DNA from: Candidatus Nanopelagicales bacterium
GTDB taxonomy: Bacteria > Actinomycetota > Actinomycetes > S36-B12 > GCA-2699445
DNA: 64,000 nucleotides
Assembly: GCA_030700225.1 (NCBI GenBank)
Contig: JAUYJT010000061.1
Location: 39,121-103,120, forward strand
Reading direction: 5' to 3'
Under the pieces are notes generated by a model. That model ran no database searches, was not told the DNA's origin, and saw nothing but the letters and a program-made list of their open reading frames with translations. The position numbers were made by a program, and so were the translations under genes. This document shows positions 9,567 to 19,429 of the stretch, piece by piece. Positions within the stretch are counted from its first letter, which is position 1. Each line of letters opens with the position of its first letter.

Positions 9567-11283
9567 TTATCGGCAGCCGCCGGTCACGGCCGAATGCTCG
9601 AAGGCTGATCTTGGTTCCAGGCGGGTACTGGCGGCGTTTGTACTCGGCCGCGTCGGTGAGGCCGAGAACGCGGGAAACGAGGTCAGGGGCGAATCCGTCG
9701 GCGACGAGTCCTGCCGCGCTCCTGTCGTGTTCGACGTAGTCGTCGAGAACGTCATCGAGGAGCGCGTAATCCGGCAAGGTATCCGTGTCGAACTGATCGG
9801 GCCGAAGCTCGGCGCTAGGGGCCTTGGCGATACTGGACTCCGGGATCGGCGGCGTCAGGCCGAGGCGGACGGCTTCGGCATTCCGCCACTTGGCCAGGCG
9901 CCACACCGCTGATTTTGGTACGTCCTTGATGGGGGCGAATCCGCCGACCGCGTCACCGTAGATCGTCGTATACCCGACCGAGATCTCTGTCTTGTTCCCC
10001 GTGGCCAGCACCAGATGACCTTCGGAGTTCGAGATTCCCATCAGGATCACTCCGCGGATTCGGGCCTGTATGTTCTCCGCTGCCAGACCAGCCAGGGGCA
10101 GCGCTTGGTGAATCTGTGTGACGATCGGCTCGATCGGGATCTGCCTGTACGTCAGACCTGTACGCGTCGCCAGGTCGGCGGCGTCGTCTTGGGAGTGCTG
10201 CGATGAGTAGCGGCTCGGCAGGCCCACCCCGTGGACGCACGATTCGCCGAGCGCGTCGCAGGCGATAGCCGCGGTCAGGGCCGAGTCGATTCCGCCGGAT
10301 AGTCCCAGGACCACCGACTCGAATCCGTTCTTGCGCACGTAGTCGCGCAGGCCCATGACGAGCGCGGCGTACACCTGCGCGTCGCCCGAGAGCTGGGGCG
10401 CGACCGGCGCCGCAGCCAGCGGCGCGAGTGTCCCCGGGCGCGGCGCTGCGGTGAGCACGATGACTTCACCAGAGTCCGCGAGGCGGGTATCCGCCGTGGC
10501 TGGAGCGACTTCCACATCGGCGACGAGCAGGTCTTCGGCGAATTGGGGCGCGCGGGCCAGCACCTGCCCGTCGGCGCCCACGATCATGGAATCCCCGTCG
10601 AAGACCAGCTCGTCCTGTCCGCCGACCATGTTCACGTAAGCCAGTGGGCAATCAGCTTCGGCCGCTCGCTGACGGCAGAGGTCAAGCCGGATGTCCTCCT
10701 TGGCGTGCTCGTATGGCGAACCGTTCAGGACGAGCAGTAGTCCAGACTTGTTCTCGCGCACCCGCGAGACCGGACCGCCCTCTTGCCAGAGGTCTTCGCA
10801 AATGGCCAGGCTGACGTCAGCGCCCCCGGTTCGGAAGACGCACGACGAGTCGCCCGGCACGAAGTACCTGTATTCATCGAAGACGCCATAGTTGGGCAAG
10901 TGGTGTTTGGCGTACCGGCCACGGACTTCACCGTCGTGCAGCACCCACGCGGCGTTGAGCGGGTCGTTGCGAGGCCGTCCCGGCGTGCGCTGTCGAGGCT
11001 CGCTACGGTCAAGCAGGCCTACCACGACAGCCAGATTCCCGAGGCCCTGGCCACCCAGAGACCTGGTCAGATCCTCCGCCGCGGCCCGTGAGGCGTCCTG
11101 GAATGAGGGCCGCAAGGCCAGGTCCTCGATCGGGTATCCGGTCAGGGACATCTCTGGGAAGGCGACGATGTCGGCACCGGCGTCCCGTGCCCTGTGGCAC
11201 CAGTCGACGATCATCCCGGAGTTGCCCGAGATGTCGCCCACGGTGGGATTCATCTGGGCGAGAGCGAGGCGCAGGACTGGCAC
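9529..11283 (-). CDS. nadE: glutamine-dependent NAD+ synthetase
   Basis: 584 aa. N-terminal nitrilase/CN-hydrolase domain (LRLALAQMNPTVGD, AICEDLW) followed by a C-terminal NAD synthetase domain (VLGLSGGIDS). Confidence 0.92.
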   Translation of the reverse strand: MPVLRLALAQMNPTVGDISGNSGMIVDWCHRARDAGADIVAFPEMSLTGYPIEDLALRPSFQDASRAAAEDLTRSLGGQGLGNLAVVVGLLDRSEPRQRTPGRPRNDPLNAAWVLHDGEVRGRYAKHHLPNYGVFDEYRYFVPGDSSCVFRTGGADVSLAICEDLWQEGGPVSRVRENKSGLLLVLNGSPYEHAKEDIRLDLCRQRAAEADCPLAYVNMVGGQDELVFDGDSMIVGADGQVLARAPQFAEDLLVADVEVAPATADTRLADSGEVIVLTAAPRPGTLAPLAAAPVAPQLSGDAQVYAALVMGLRDYVRKNGFESVVLGLSGGIDSALTAAIACDALGESCVHGVGLPSRYSSQHSQDDAADLATRTGLTYRQIPIEPIVTQIHQALPLAGLAAENIQARIRGVILMGISNSEGHLVLATGNKTEISVGYTTIYGDAVGGFAPIKDVPKSAVWRLAKWRNAEAVRLGLTPPIPESSIAKAPSAELRPDQFDTDTLPDYALLDDVLDDYVEHDRSAAGLVADGFAPDLVSRVLGLTDAAEYKRRQYPPGTKISLRAFGRDRRLPITNRWREHPALDP

Positions 11284-11355
11284 GGTTTCAGGTTAGGGCG
11301 TGCCATTAGTGGGTTGAGCAGCGACTTCCGGCCGTAGTGCGGGCAAGATGGGTCC

Positions 11356-12693
11356 ATGGACAAGCAGACCGAGTTCGTACTGCGCACGATCGAAGAGCGT
11401 GACATCCGCTTCCTGAGGCTGTGGTTCACGGACGTTTTGGGGACCCTGAAGTCGGTGGCGGTCGCGCCGGCCGAACTGGAGGGCGCGTTCGAGGAGGGGA
11501 TCGGGTTCGACGGATCGGCTATCGAGGGATTCGCCAGGGTGTCCGAGTCGGACATGATCATGCGGCCAGACCCAGCCACGTTTCAGATCCTGCCGTGGGG
11601 CGGAGAATCGCGTGGGACGGCGAGGATCTTCTGCGATATTCACATGCCGGACGGGTCTCCCTCCTACGCCGACCCACGGCATGTGCTGAAGCGGACCTTG
11701 GCGAAGGCGGCCGATCTGGGGTTCACGTTCTACACCCATCCGGAGATTGAGTTCTTCCTGCTGAAGGGCCCGCACGAAGCTGGCAGCGCGCCGGTTCCCA
11801 TCGACCGCTACGGCTACTTCGACCATGCACCGCACGGCGTCGCCCAGAACTTCCGCAGGGCAACGATTGACATGCTGGAATCGATGGGGATTTCGGTCGA
11901 GTTCAGCCATCATGAGGCGGCACCGGGCCAGCAGGAGATCGATCTGCGCTACGCCGACGCTCTCAGCACCGCCGACAACATCATGACGTTCCGAATCGTG
12001 GTGAAGGAGATGGCGTTGAGGAACGGCGTCTTCGCGACATTCATGCCCAAGCCTTTCCGAGACCACGCGGGATCGGGAATGCACACGCACTTGTCACTGT
12101 TCGAGGGCGACCGCAACGCGTTCTACGAGCCAGGTTCGGAGTATCAGCTGTCGAGGGTTGGGCAGTCGTTCATCGCTGGTCTCCTCGAGCACGCGACTGA
12201 GATCACCGCGGTCACCAATCAGTGGGTCAACTCATACAAGCGGTTGTACGGCGGCGGGGAGGCGCCCGCTGGGGTTTGCTGGGGCCACAACAATCGTTCG
12301 GGCCTAGTCAGGATCCCCATGTACAAGCCACACAAGGGCGGATCGACGCGGGTTGAGGTGCGGTCACTGGACGCGGCGTGCAACCCGTACTTGGCATTGG
12401 CTGTGATGTTGGCCGCGGGTCTTAAGGGGATCGAATCCGGATACGAGCTGCCGCCAGGCGCCGAGGATGACGTTTGGGCGCTAACCGATGCTGAGCGGCG
12501 CGCCATGGGCATGCGGCCGCTTCCGGCGAGTTTGGGGGAGGCGCTGGACCAGATGCAGGATAGCGAGCTTGTAGCGGAGACGCTGGGCGAGCACGTATTC
12601 GATTTCTTCCTACGGAACAAGCGGGCCGAGTGGCGCGAATACCGAAGTGAAGTGACCCAGTTCGAGTTGGACAGGTACCTACCGTTGCTGTGA
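11356..12693 (+). CDS. glnA2: type I glutamine synthetase paralogue (GlnA2-type)
   Basis: 445 aa. IRFLRLWFTDVLG, FDGSAIEGF, GSGMHTHLSL, NSYKRL. It lies immediately upstream of, and overlaps, glnE, as in the mycobacterial and streptomycete arrangement. Confidence 0.88.
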   Translation: MDKQTEFVLRTIEERDIRFLRLWFTDVLGTLKSVAVAPAELEGAFEEGIGFDGSAIEGFARVSESDMIMRPDPATFQILPWGGESRGTARIFCDIHMPDGSPSYADPRHVLKRTLAKAADLGFTFYTHPEIEFFLLKGPHEAGSAPVPIDRYGYFDHAPHGVAQNFRRATIDMLESMGISVEFSHHEAAPGQQEIDLRYADALSTADNIMTFRIVVKEMALRNGVFATFMPKPFRDHAGSGMHTHLSLFEGDRNAFYEPGSEYQLSRVGQSFIAGLLEHATEITAVTNQWVNSYKRLYGGGEAPAGVCWGHNNRSGLVRIPMYKPHKGGSTRVEVRSLDAACNPYLALAVMLAAGLKGIESGYELPPGAEDDVWALTDAERRAMGMRPLPASLGEALDQMQDSELVAETLGEHVFDFFLRNKRAEWREYRSEVTQFELDRYLPLL

Positions 12694-15665
12694 ACGCCAG
12701 CTCCAACCCCCGGGCAGCGACGACTGGGGGCATGTTGGCCCGCCTGGGCTTCGTGGAACCCGATCGCGCGGAGCAACTGTTGGCGTCGCCGACGCTCGCG
12801 GACTGCGTCAGCAGTGAGGTCCTAGAAGCCATCGCTGACGTCGCTGAACCTGATCTGGCTCTTCTCTCACTTTCACGCGTGCTCGACGCGGCCGATGATC
12901 AGGTAGCCGCGAAGCTTCGCGCTGCGCTGGCGACAGACCCGGGCACGCGCGACCGACTCTTGAGCGTCCTGGGGGTGTCGGAGGCCGTGGGCGACCACCT
13001 CGTGCGGCACCCCAGCGACTGGGAGGTACTCAGTGCCCCTGCGAAGCGGGTCGGAGCCGGGCGAGTCCGCTCCGAGCTTCTGACGGCGGTGGGTGCTGAC
13101 CCGGAACGCGCCGTGCCCGTCGCGGCGGGCCATGGGTCAGAGCAGCTCGACGCGCTGCGACGGGAGTACCACAGGCAGCTGATCCGGATTGTGTGCGCGG
13201 ACGTGGCTGAGGGGTTGCCCTTCGACAGCGTCGCGGAGGATCTGTCGGATGTCGCGGATGCGGCACTTGAGACGGCGCTGGCCATCGCGCAGTCGGAAGC
13301 CGGTTCCCCTCCGTGCCGTTTCGCCGTAATAGCGCTTGGGAAGTGCGGCGGGCGCGAGCTGAACTACGCGTCCGATGTGGATGTTGTGTTCGTTGTGGCA
13401 TCAACGTCTGGCGACGATGATGGCGCGGTTCGGGACGGCACTCGGCTCGCGACCGCCTTGATGCGCGCCTGCAGCGCGACTACGCGTGAAGGATCGTTGT
13501 GGGAGGTCGACGCGGCGCTTCGCCCAGAAGGCAAATCCGGGGCGCTCGTCAGGACACTGGACAGCCACGTTGGCTACTACGAACGCTGGGCGCAAACCTG
13601 GGAGTTTCAGGCGCTGCTCAAAGCCCGCCCGGCCGCCGGTGACATGGAACTCGGACGTCGGTACGCGGATGCTGTCTCGCAGTTCGTTTGGTCCGCGGCC
13701 GGTCGGCCGAACTTCGTCGATGACGTGCAGGCGATGCGACGACGAGTGGAGCACTCCGTCGTGGGCGCCGCGGCTGCGCGCCAACTCAAGCTGGGTCCAG
13801 GCGGTCTGCGTGATGTCGAGTTCAGCGTGCAGCTGCTGCAACTGGTTCACGGTCGCAGCGATGTGATGCTCCGCAGCCCCAACACGATGAGGGCGCTCGA
13901 GGCGTTGTCCATCCACGGATACGTGGGGCTGAAGGACGCGGCACAGATGGCTGCCGCCTACCGGTTCCTGCGCACCATGGAACACAGGATCCAGATGTAC
14001 CGCTTGAAGAGGACACACCTCGTGCCGGAGTCTGAGCGGGATCTGCGGCGCATCGCCCGCTCGATGGGCATGCGCGCTCACCCCCAGGCGCAGTTGGAGT
14101 CCGCCTGGGGGTCTAGCGCCCTTGACGCACGCAGGTTGCACGAGAAGTTGTTCTACAGGCCGCTGCTGCAGGCCGTTGCCCGCCTCGACAGTGGTGAGGC
14201 CCGCCTGACGCCGGATGCCGCCCGCCAGCGACTGGCGGCACTTGGATTCGCCGACCCAGCATCGGCGCTGCGCCACATCGAAGCGCTGACGTCCGGAATC
14301 ACTAGGCGATCGGCCATCCAGCGCACGCTGTTGCCTGTGATGTTGTCCTGGTTCGCGGACGGTCCGGATCCGGATGCGGCTCTGCTGGGCTTCCGGCAGG
14401 TGAGCGAGGCGCTCGGCGGATCGCCATGGTTCCTGGGGATGCTGCGTGATGAGTCGGTGACCGCTCAACGCCTGGCGAAGGTCCTGGGCAGCAGTCGATA
14501 CGCCAGCGAGCTGCTCCAGCGGGCTCCGGAAGGCGTCAGGATTCTGGGGTCAGACGATGAGCTGGTTCCGTTCGGGCGGGAGCAGATGGAGGTCGAGGCC
14601 CTTGGAGCCGCGAGTCGTCATGATGAGCCTGAGGCTGCGATCCAGGCGATTCGTGGGATCCGCCGCCGTGAACTGTTCCGGCTGTCGGTCGGCGATGTCC
14701 TGCGGCTCACTGATGTGGAGCAGGTGGGCCGTGGACTGTCCGACGTGACGATGGCCTCGCTGGCTGGGGCGCTGTCGATTGCGGGGAAGGGCCGGAAGCC
14801 GGCCGTGAGATTCCTAGTCGTGGCGATGGGCAGGATGTCGGCGGGTGAGGCCTCGTATTCGTCAGACGCGGACGTCATGTTCGTCTATGAGGCGGTTTCG
14901 GGGGTCCAGGATGAGGAAGCTGGTCAGATCGCGCTCGGTTTGGCCAATGAGATGGCCAGACTGCTGACGTTGCCTTCGGCCGACCCCGCGCTGGTCATGG
15001 ACGCGGACCTGCGCCCCGAGGGGCGCAACGGGCCGGTTGTCCGATCGCTCGATTCGTACCGTGCCTACTACTCGCGCTGGTCGAGTACATGGGAAGCCCA
15101 GGCGCTGTTGCGGGCCGGGCGAGCATGTGGAGACGGGGGACTTTGGAAGAGATTCGTCCAGGTGATCAACCCGCTGCGCTATCCCGATGGCGGTCTGGCG
15201 TCCGAGCAGCGGCGGGAGATACGCAAGCTCAAGGCTCGGGTGGAGGCCGAGCGGCTTCCTCGTGGCGCCGACCCGACGCTTCACACCAAGCTCGGGCGGG
15301 GCGGACTGTCTGACGTGGAGTGGACCGTGCAGCTACTTCAGATGGATCACGCCTACGCGGTTGAAGGACTTCGGACAACGAGCACCCTGGAAGCGTTGGC
15401 CTGCGCCAAGGACAACGACTTGATCGCCGAACAGGATGCCGAGCAGTTGGCGTCAGCTTGGACTCTGGCCGCCAGAGTGCGCAACGCCATAATGTTGGCA
15501 ACAGGCAGGCCGGGGGACGTTGTGCCCGGCGACGCCCGGTCTCTGGCCAGGACAGCGCACGTCATGGGTTATGGCCCGGGGGAGAGTCAGGAACTCGTTG
15601 AGGATTACCGGCGTACAGCTCGGCGGGCTCGTCGAGTAGTCGAGAGGATCTTCTACGGCGAGTGA
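12690..15665 (+). CDS. glnE: bifunctional glutamine-synthetase adenylyltransferase / adenylyl-removing enzyme
   Basis: 991 aa with two nucleotidyltransferase halves (ALGKCGGRELNYASDVDVVFV and AMGRMSAGEASYSSDADVMFV). GTGA overlap with the glnA2 stop. Confidence 0.92.
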   Translation: MNASSNPRAATTGGMLARLGFVEPDRAEQLLASPTLADCVSSEVLEAIADVAEPDLALLSLSRVLDAADDQVAAKLRAALATDPGTRDRLLSVLGVSEAVGDHLVRHPSDWEVLSAPAKRVGAGRVRSELLTAVGADPERAVPVAAGHGSEQLDALRREYHRQLIRIVCADVAEGLPFDSVAEDLSDVADAALETALAIAQSEAGSPPCRFAVIALGKCGGRELNYASDVDVVFVVASTSGDDDGAVRDGTRLATALMRACSATTREGSLWEVDAALRPEGKSGALVRTLDSHVGYYERWAQTWEFQALLKARPAAGDMELGRRYADAVSQFVWSAAGRPNFVDDVQAMRRRVEHSVVGAAAARQLKLGPGGLRDVEFSVQLLQLVHGRSDVMLRSPNTMRALEALSIHGYVGLKDAAQMAAAYRFLRTMEHRIQMYRLKRTHLVPESERDLRRIARSMGMRAHPQAQLESAWGSSALDARRLHEKLFYRPLLQAVARLDSGEARLTPDAARQRLAALGFADPASALRHIEALTSGITRRSAIQRTLLPVMLSWFADGPDPDAALLGFRQVSEALGGSPWFLGMLRDESVTAQRLAKVLGSSRYASELLQRAPEGVRILGSDDELVPFGREQMEVEALGAASRHDEPEAAIQAIRGIRRRELFRLSVGDVLRLTDVEQVGRGLSDVTMASLAGALSIAGKGRKPAVRFLVVAMGRMSAGEASYSSDADVMFVYEAVSGVQDEEAGQIALGLANEMARLLTLPSADPALVMDADLRPEGRNGPVVRSLDSYRAYYSRWSSTWEAQALLRAGRACGDGGLWKRFVQVINPLRYPDGGLASEQRREIRKLKARVEAERLPRGADPTLHTKLGRGGLSDVEWTVQLLQMDHAYAVEGLRTTSTLEALACAKDNDLIAEQDAEQLASAWTLAARVRNAIMLATGRPGDVVPGDARSLARTAHVMGYGPGESQELVEDYRRTARRARRVVERIFYGE

Positions 15666-15680
15666 AGCAAGCGCTCCGCG

Positions 15681-16859
15681 TCAGGGGCGGGCTCTGCGCA
15701 GCCTTCGCCTGGCGAGCAGCATCACCGAAGCGCCCGCGAACGCAGCCGCAGCCGAGGTCATCCAGGCCAGACCCCACCCCAGAGATGTGGCGATAACGCC
15801 GATGAGCACCGGACCGGTCAGCAGGCCCAGCGACACCCCGGTCTGAGTGATACCGCTGGCGGCGGCGGTGGATTCCGGGAAGCGGCGGGCCACGGCCAGG
15901 TGGATCAGGCCGGGCCAACCCCAGCCGAACGCGTTGGCTGCCAGGAGCCCGACGAGGAAGGGCCAGGGGGACATTGTGGACATCATCAGCCACCCCACCG
16001 CTCCGGCGGCGCAGAGTGCGGCGGCCGCGATGAGCGCACCTCCCTGGACCCGGTCGGCTCGCCAGCCCGCAGCCAGGCGGACGGCCAGTCCGGCGGCCCC
16101 TCCCGCGGCGACCAGATAGCCGGCTGTGGATTCCGAGAAGCCGACCGCCACGGCAGATGAAGCGGCGTGAGCCCCTATTGACGTGGCCGCGATCGCCGCA
16201 GCGGCCAGTCCCGCCGCGAGCAGCCAGGCTCCGCCGCGCTCCCCAGGCGCGACGGGCCGCTCGGCGCGACCAGCGGAAGGCTGGACGTTGGCCGGAACAA
16301 GGAACCCGGCGAGCAGCGACAGCAAGGCCGCGGCGACATAGGCGGCGCGCCAATGCAGAGTCAGGGCGATGGCCGGCACCGCCAGGCCGCCGAGCAGGAT
16401 CGAAAGCGGTATCGCGGACTGCTTGATCGCATATGCCATGCCGAACCTTGATGTCGGCACTCTCGCGGCGACCAGCGCGTTGGAGGCGGGTTGCCCGAGT
16501 GAGTTGCTCAGGCCGCCGATCGCTAGCGCGGCGGCGAGCAGCACAGGCGTCGGCGCAGCCGCGGCGGCGGTCAGGGCCATGCATGACACGGCGGCGGCCG
16601 TGCGCATGGAAGTAGTGATGCCGAGCGATCCGACTGCGCGACCCAACGGCGCGCTTGTCAGCAGGGATACGGACGCGAACGCCGCGACAACGAATCCAAT
16701 CCCTCCAGGGCCGAGTGCCATGTCCTTGCCGATCTGGACAGCCATCGCTCCAGTGAGGAACAGAGGTAGTACACCTGCGAGATTCACCCCAACGGCTGCC
16801 AGGAGGGCTCTGATGCTGCCCTTAGTCCAAGTCGCCGCCGGTGGACGCCTGTGGTGCAT
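15681..16859 (-). CDS. MFS transporter (12-TMS type)
   Basis: Hydrophobic throughout. Start trimmed to MHHRRPPAATW (ATG, complement of 16857-16859). The full ORF extends to 16979. Confidence 0.65.
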   Translation of the reverse strand: MHHRRPPAATWTKGSIRALLAAVGVNLAGVLPLFLTGAMAVQIGKDMALGPGGIGFVVAAFASVSLLTSAPLGRAVGSLGITTSMRTAAAVSCMALTAAAAAPTPVLLAAALAIGGLSNSLGQPASNALVAARVPTSRFGMAYAIKQSAIPLSILLGGLAVPAIALTLHWRAAYVAAALLSLLAGFLVPANVQPSAGRAERPVAPGERGGAWLLAAGLAAAAIAATSIGAHAASSAVAVGFSESTAGYLVAAGGAAGLAVRLAAGWRADRVQGGALIAAAALCAAGAVGWLMMSTMSPWPFLVGLLAANAFGWGWPGLIHLAVARRFPESTAAASGITQTGVSLGLLTGPVLIGVIATSLGWGLAWMTSAAAAFAGASVMLLARRRLRRARP

Positions 16860-16912
16860 CAACGCCCCTGCCCCCGCACCAATCGTGAGGGGATCACAAC
16901 TGGGCCTGACAC

Positions 16913-16950
16913 GTAACACGACGGAAACATTCGGGACACTGCCGGGAAAC
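16913..16950 (+). promoter_or_regulatory. putative GlnR operator (two a-site/b-site boxes) upstream of glnA
   Basis: GTAAC-n6-GAAAC-n6-GACAC-n6-GAAAC read directly at 16913-16950, about 125 bp upstream of the glnA start. It matches the published actinomycete GlnR consensus gTnAc-n6-GaAAc-n6-GtnAC-n6-GAAAc. Confidence 0.6.
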
Positions 16951-17074
16951 CCCGCCCTCCTAGATTGGACCGCAGCCACTGAGGGGACACTAGTGGTTGG
17001 CCGCGTTGGCCGGACACTTCGTCCAGGGGTCTGCGGATCTGAGTCGGCAGTCTGAACACCGTGAGGGAGACTGA

Positions 17075-18499
17075 ATGTTCAAGAACGCGCATGAAGCGCT
17101 GAAGTTCGTGAAAGACCACGATGTCCGGTTCATCGACATTCGGTTCTGTGATCTTCCTGGGGTCATGCAGCACTTCAACGTGCCGGCCGAGACCGTGGAC
17201 GAGTCGTTCTTCACCGAGGGTCAGATGTTCGACGGGTCATCGATCCGGGGCTTCCAGGCGATCCATGAGTCGGACATGAAGCTGATTCCGGACCCGGCGA
17301 CGGCGTTCGTGGACCCATTCCGGGCACAGAAGACCTTGGTCATGAACTTCTCAATCCGCGACCCGTTCACGGACGAACCCTATTCTCGCGACCCGCGCCA
17401 GGTGGCGGCGAAGGCTGAGGCATACCTGGCGTCGACCGGCATCGCCGACACCGCGTACTTCGGCGCTGAGGCTGAGTTCTACGTGTTCGATGATGTGCGA
17501 TTCGAGACGAAGCAGAACGCTTCCTACTACTACATCGACTCGATCGAAGCGGCTTGGAATACAGGCCGGGTCGAAGAGGGTGGCAACCGCGGATACAAGA
17601 CGCGGTACAAGGGCGGCTACTTCCCGGTACCGCCCGTGGACCACTTCGCGGACATGCGTGACGAGATGTCGCACGAGTTGCAGAAGGTCGGCATTGAGAT
17701 TGAGCGGGCCCACCATGAGGTCGGCGCCGCGGGTCAGGCCGAGATCAACTACAAGTTCAACACGCTGCTCCACGCGGCGGACCAGGCGATGCTGTTCAAG
17801 TACGTGATCAAGAACGTCGCCTGGCGAAATGGGAAGACGGCGACCTTCATGCCGAAGCCCGTGTTCGGGGACAACGGTTCTGGCATGCACTCGCACCAGT
17901 CGCTGTGGAAGGACGGAGTGCCGCTGTTCTACGACGAGCTCGGGTATGCGGGGCTGTCAGACGCTGCCCGGTGGTACATCGGCGGGCTCTTGGCCCACGC
18001 GCCCGCGCTGCTGGCGTTCACGAACCCGACGATGAACTCCTATCACCGCCTGGTTCCCGGCTTTGAGGCTCCGGTGAACCTGGTGTACTCGCAGCGCAAC
18101 CGATCCGCGTGCATCCGGATCCCGATCACCGGCGCGAACCCGAAGGCCAAGAGGATCGAGTTCCGGGTGCCGGACCCGTCCAGCAATCCGTACCTGGCGT
18201 TCTCCGCGATGATGATGGCGGGCCTGGACGGGATCAAGAACAGGATCGAGCCGGCGGCGCCGGTCGACAAGGACCTGTACGAGCTTCCGCCGGACGAGGC
18301 CGCTGGCATCCCACAGGTGCCATCTTCGCTTGAGGGTGCGCTTGCCGCTCTTGAGGGGGACAGCGAGTTCCTCTCCGAGGGAGGCGTGTTCACCTCAGAC
18401 CTGATTGAGACTTGGGTGGACTACAAGCGAGCCAACGAGATCGACCCGATCAGGCTGCGTCCGCATCCTCACGAGTTCGAGATGTACTACGACCTGTGA
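17075..18499 (+). CDS. glnA: glutamine synthetase, type I
   Basis: 474 aa. [33 protein letters not shown], and the adenylylation-loop region KDLYELPP. Confidence 0.95.
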   Translation: MFKNAHEALKFVKDHDVRFIDIRFCDLPGVMQHFNVPAETVDESFFTEGQMFDGSSIRGFQAIHESDMKLIPDPATAFVDPFRAQKTLVMNFSIRDPFTDEPYSRDPRQVAAKAEAYLASTGIADTAYFGAEAEFYVFDDVRFETKQNASYYYIDSIEAAWNTGRVEEGGNRGYKTRYKGGYFPVPPVDHFADMRDEMSHELQKVGIEIERAHHEVGAAGQAEINYKFNTLLHAADQAMLFKYVIKNVAWRNGKTATFMPKPVFGDNGSGMHSHQSLWKDGVPLFYDELGYAGLSDAARWYIGGLLAHAPALLAFTNPTMNSYHRLVPGFEAPVNLVYSQRNRSACIRIPITGANPKAKRIEFRVPDPSSNPYLAFSAMMMAGLDGIKNRIEPAAPVDKDLYELPPDEAAGIPQVPSSLEGALAALEGDSEFLSEGGVFTSDLIETWVDYKRANEIDPIRLRPHPHEFEMYYDL

Positions 18500-18520
18500 C
18501 AGACGCCGTAGACCCGAAGT

Positions 18521-18570
18521 GGCCCCTGACCTGCGGAAACGCGGGATCGGGGGCCGCTTTCGTTTGCTCT
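18521..18570 (+). terminator. possible intrinsic terminator after glnA
   Basis: GGCCCC (18521-18526) pairs with GGGGCC (18550-18555) and is followed by GCTTTCGTTTGCTCT. The loop is long, so this is weak. Confidence 0.3.
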
Positions 18571-18610
18571 CGAGCAGCCAATTCGCGCGAGTGTCAGATA
18601 TAGTCGACAT

Positions 18611-18949
18611 GTGATCGTGGTTGTCCGCACCGACGACTTCGATGGCTGGATCCGGAAGCTCAAGGACAAGCAGGGCAAGCTCCGCATCCTCAAGCGCATC
18701 GACCGGCTGGCAAACGGCAATCCTGGCGATGTCGGTCCGATCGGCAAGGGCCTGTCGGAGCTGCGGCTCGATGTGGGACCGGGATACCGGGTCTACTGCC
18801 TGCAAGACGGTGACGCGCTGGTCCTCCTGCTCTGCGGCGGAGACAAGTCAACGCAACGGAAGGACATCGAGAAGGCGCGCGAGCTCGCCGATGAGTGGCG
18901 AGCACAGAAGGACAAAGACAAGGAGGAAGACGATGACCAAGAAGAGTGA
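18611..18949 (+). CDS. type II toxin, HigB/RelE-superfamily 'addiction module killer' type
   Basis: 112 aa. FDGWIRKLKD..RILKRIDRLANGNPGDVGPIGKGLSELRLDVGPGYRVYC..LLLCGGDKSTQ matches the addiction-module killer family pattern as I recall it. Confidence 0.8.
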   Translation: MIVVVRTDDFDGWIRKLKDKQGKLRILKRIDRLANGNPGDVGPIGKGLSELRLDVGPGYRVYCLQDGDALVLLLCGGDKSTQRKDIEKARELADEWRAQKDKDKEEDDDQEE

Positions 18950-19247
18950 GAAGTTCAAGCCGTTCGACGTGGCCGACTACCTTGACGACCTCAATGACGT
19001 CGCCGGCTACCTCGAACTTGCCCTCGGAGAGTCCGCCGAGGACCCGACCGCAGTTCCCCGCGCTCTCGGCGTCATCGCGCGTTCGCAGAACATGAGCGAG
19101 CTCGCTCGCAGAGTCGGCATGAGCCGTGACGGGCTCTACAAGGCGCTCTCCGAGGAGGGCAACCCGACCTGGTCGACGATTCTCAAGGTGACCAACGCGC
19201 TAGGACTGCGTTTCGAGCTGCACGCTGCTGCGCACGACGTGGCCTGA
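18933..19247 (+). CDS. HigA-type HTH antitoxin ('addiction module antidote')
   Basis: ATG at 18933 overlaps the toxin's 3' end. MTKKSEKFKPFDVADYLDD..IARSQNMSELARRVGMSRDGLYKALSEEGNP is an HTH_XRE-like antidote-protein pattern. Confidence 0.8.
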   Translation: MTKKSEKFKPFDVADYLDDLNDVAGYLELALGESAEDPTAVPRALGVIARSQNMSELARRVGMSRDGLYKALSEEGNPTWSTILKVTNALGLRFELHAAAHDVA

Positions 19248-19429
19248 CGGTTTCGCGGCACATCCGGCGGCGACTGCTGCCCGTGATAGGCGTCTTCGCT
19301 GTCGGGTCAGAGGTGGCCTACGTGCCGAGGGTGGTCATGGCCGGGGCAAGGCGGAGTCCGGCCCGTCGCCAAGCCTATGATCATTAGAACAGAAACTGGG
19401 AATGTATCAACTGACGATACGCTCCAAGT

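Noticed and set aside
13401-14468. Large antisense or alternative-frame ORFs, for example 13401-14468(-), 15562-16584(-), 11293-12090(-), 28122-29135(-), 34208-35266(+), 39426-40553(+), 49342-50304(-), 55726-56646(-), 53646-54488(-).
   Set aside because: Each lies entirely within a confidently assigned gene on the other strand or frame. Each has the Arg/Gly/Pro/Ala-biased composition expected of shadow ORFs in GC-rich DNA.
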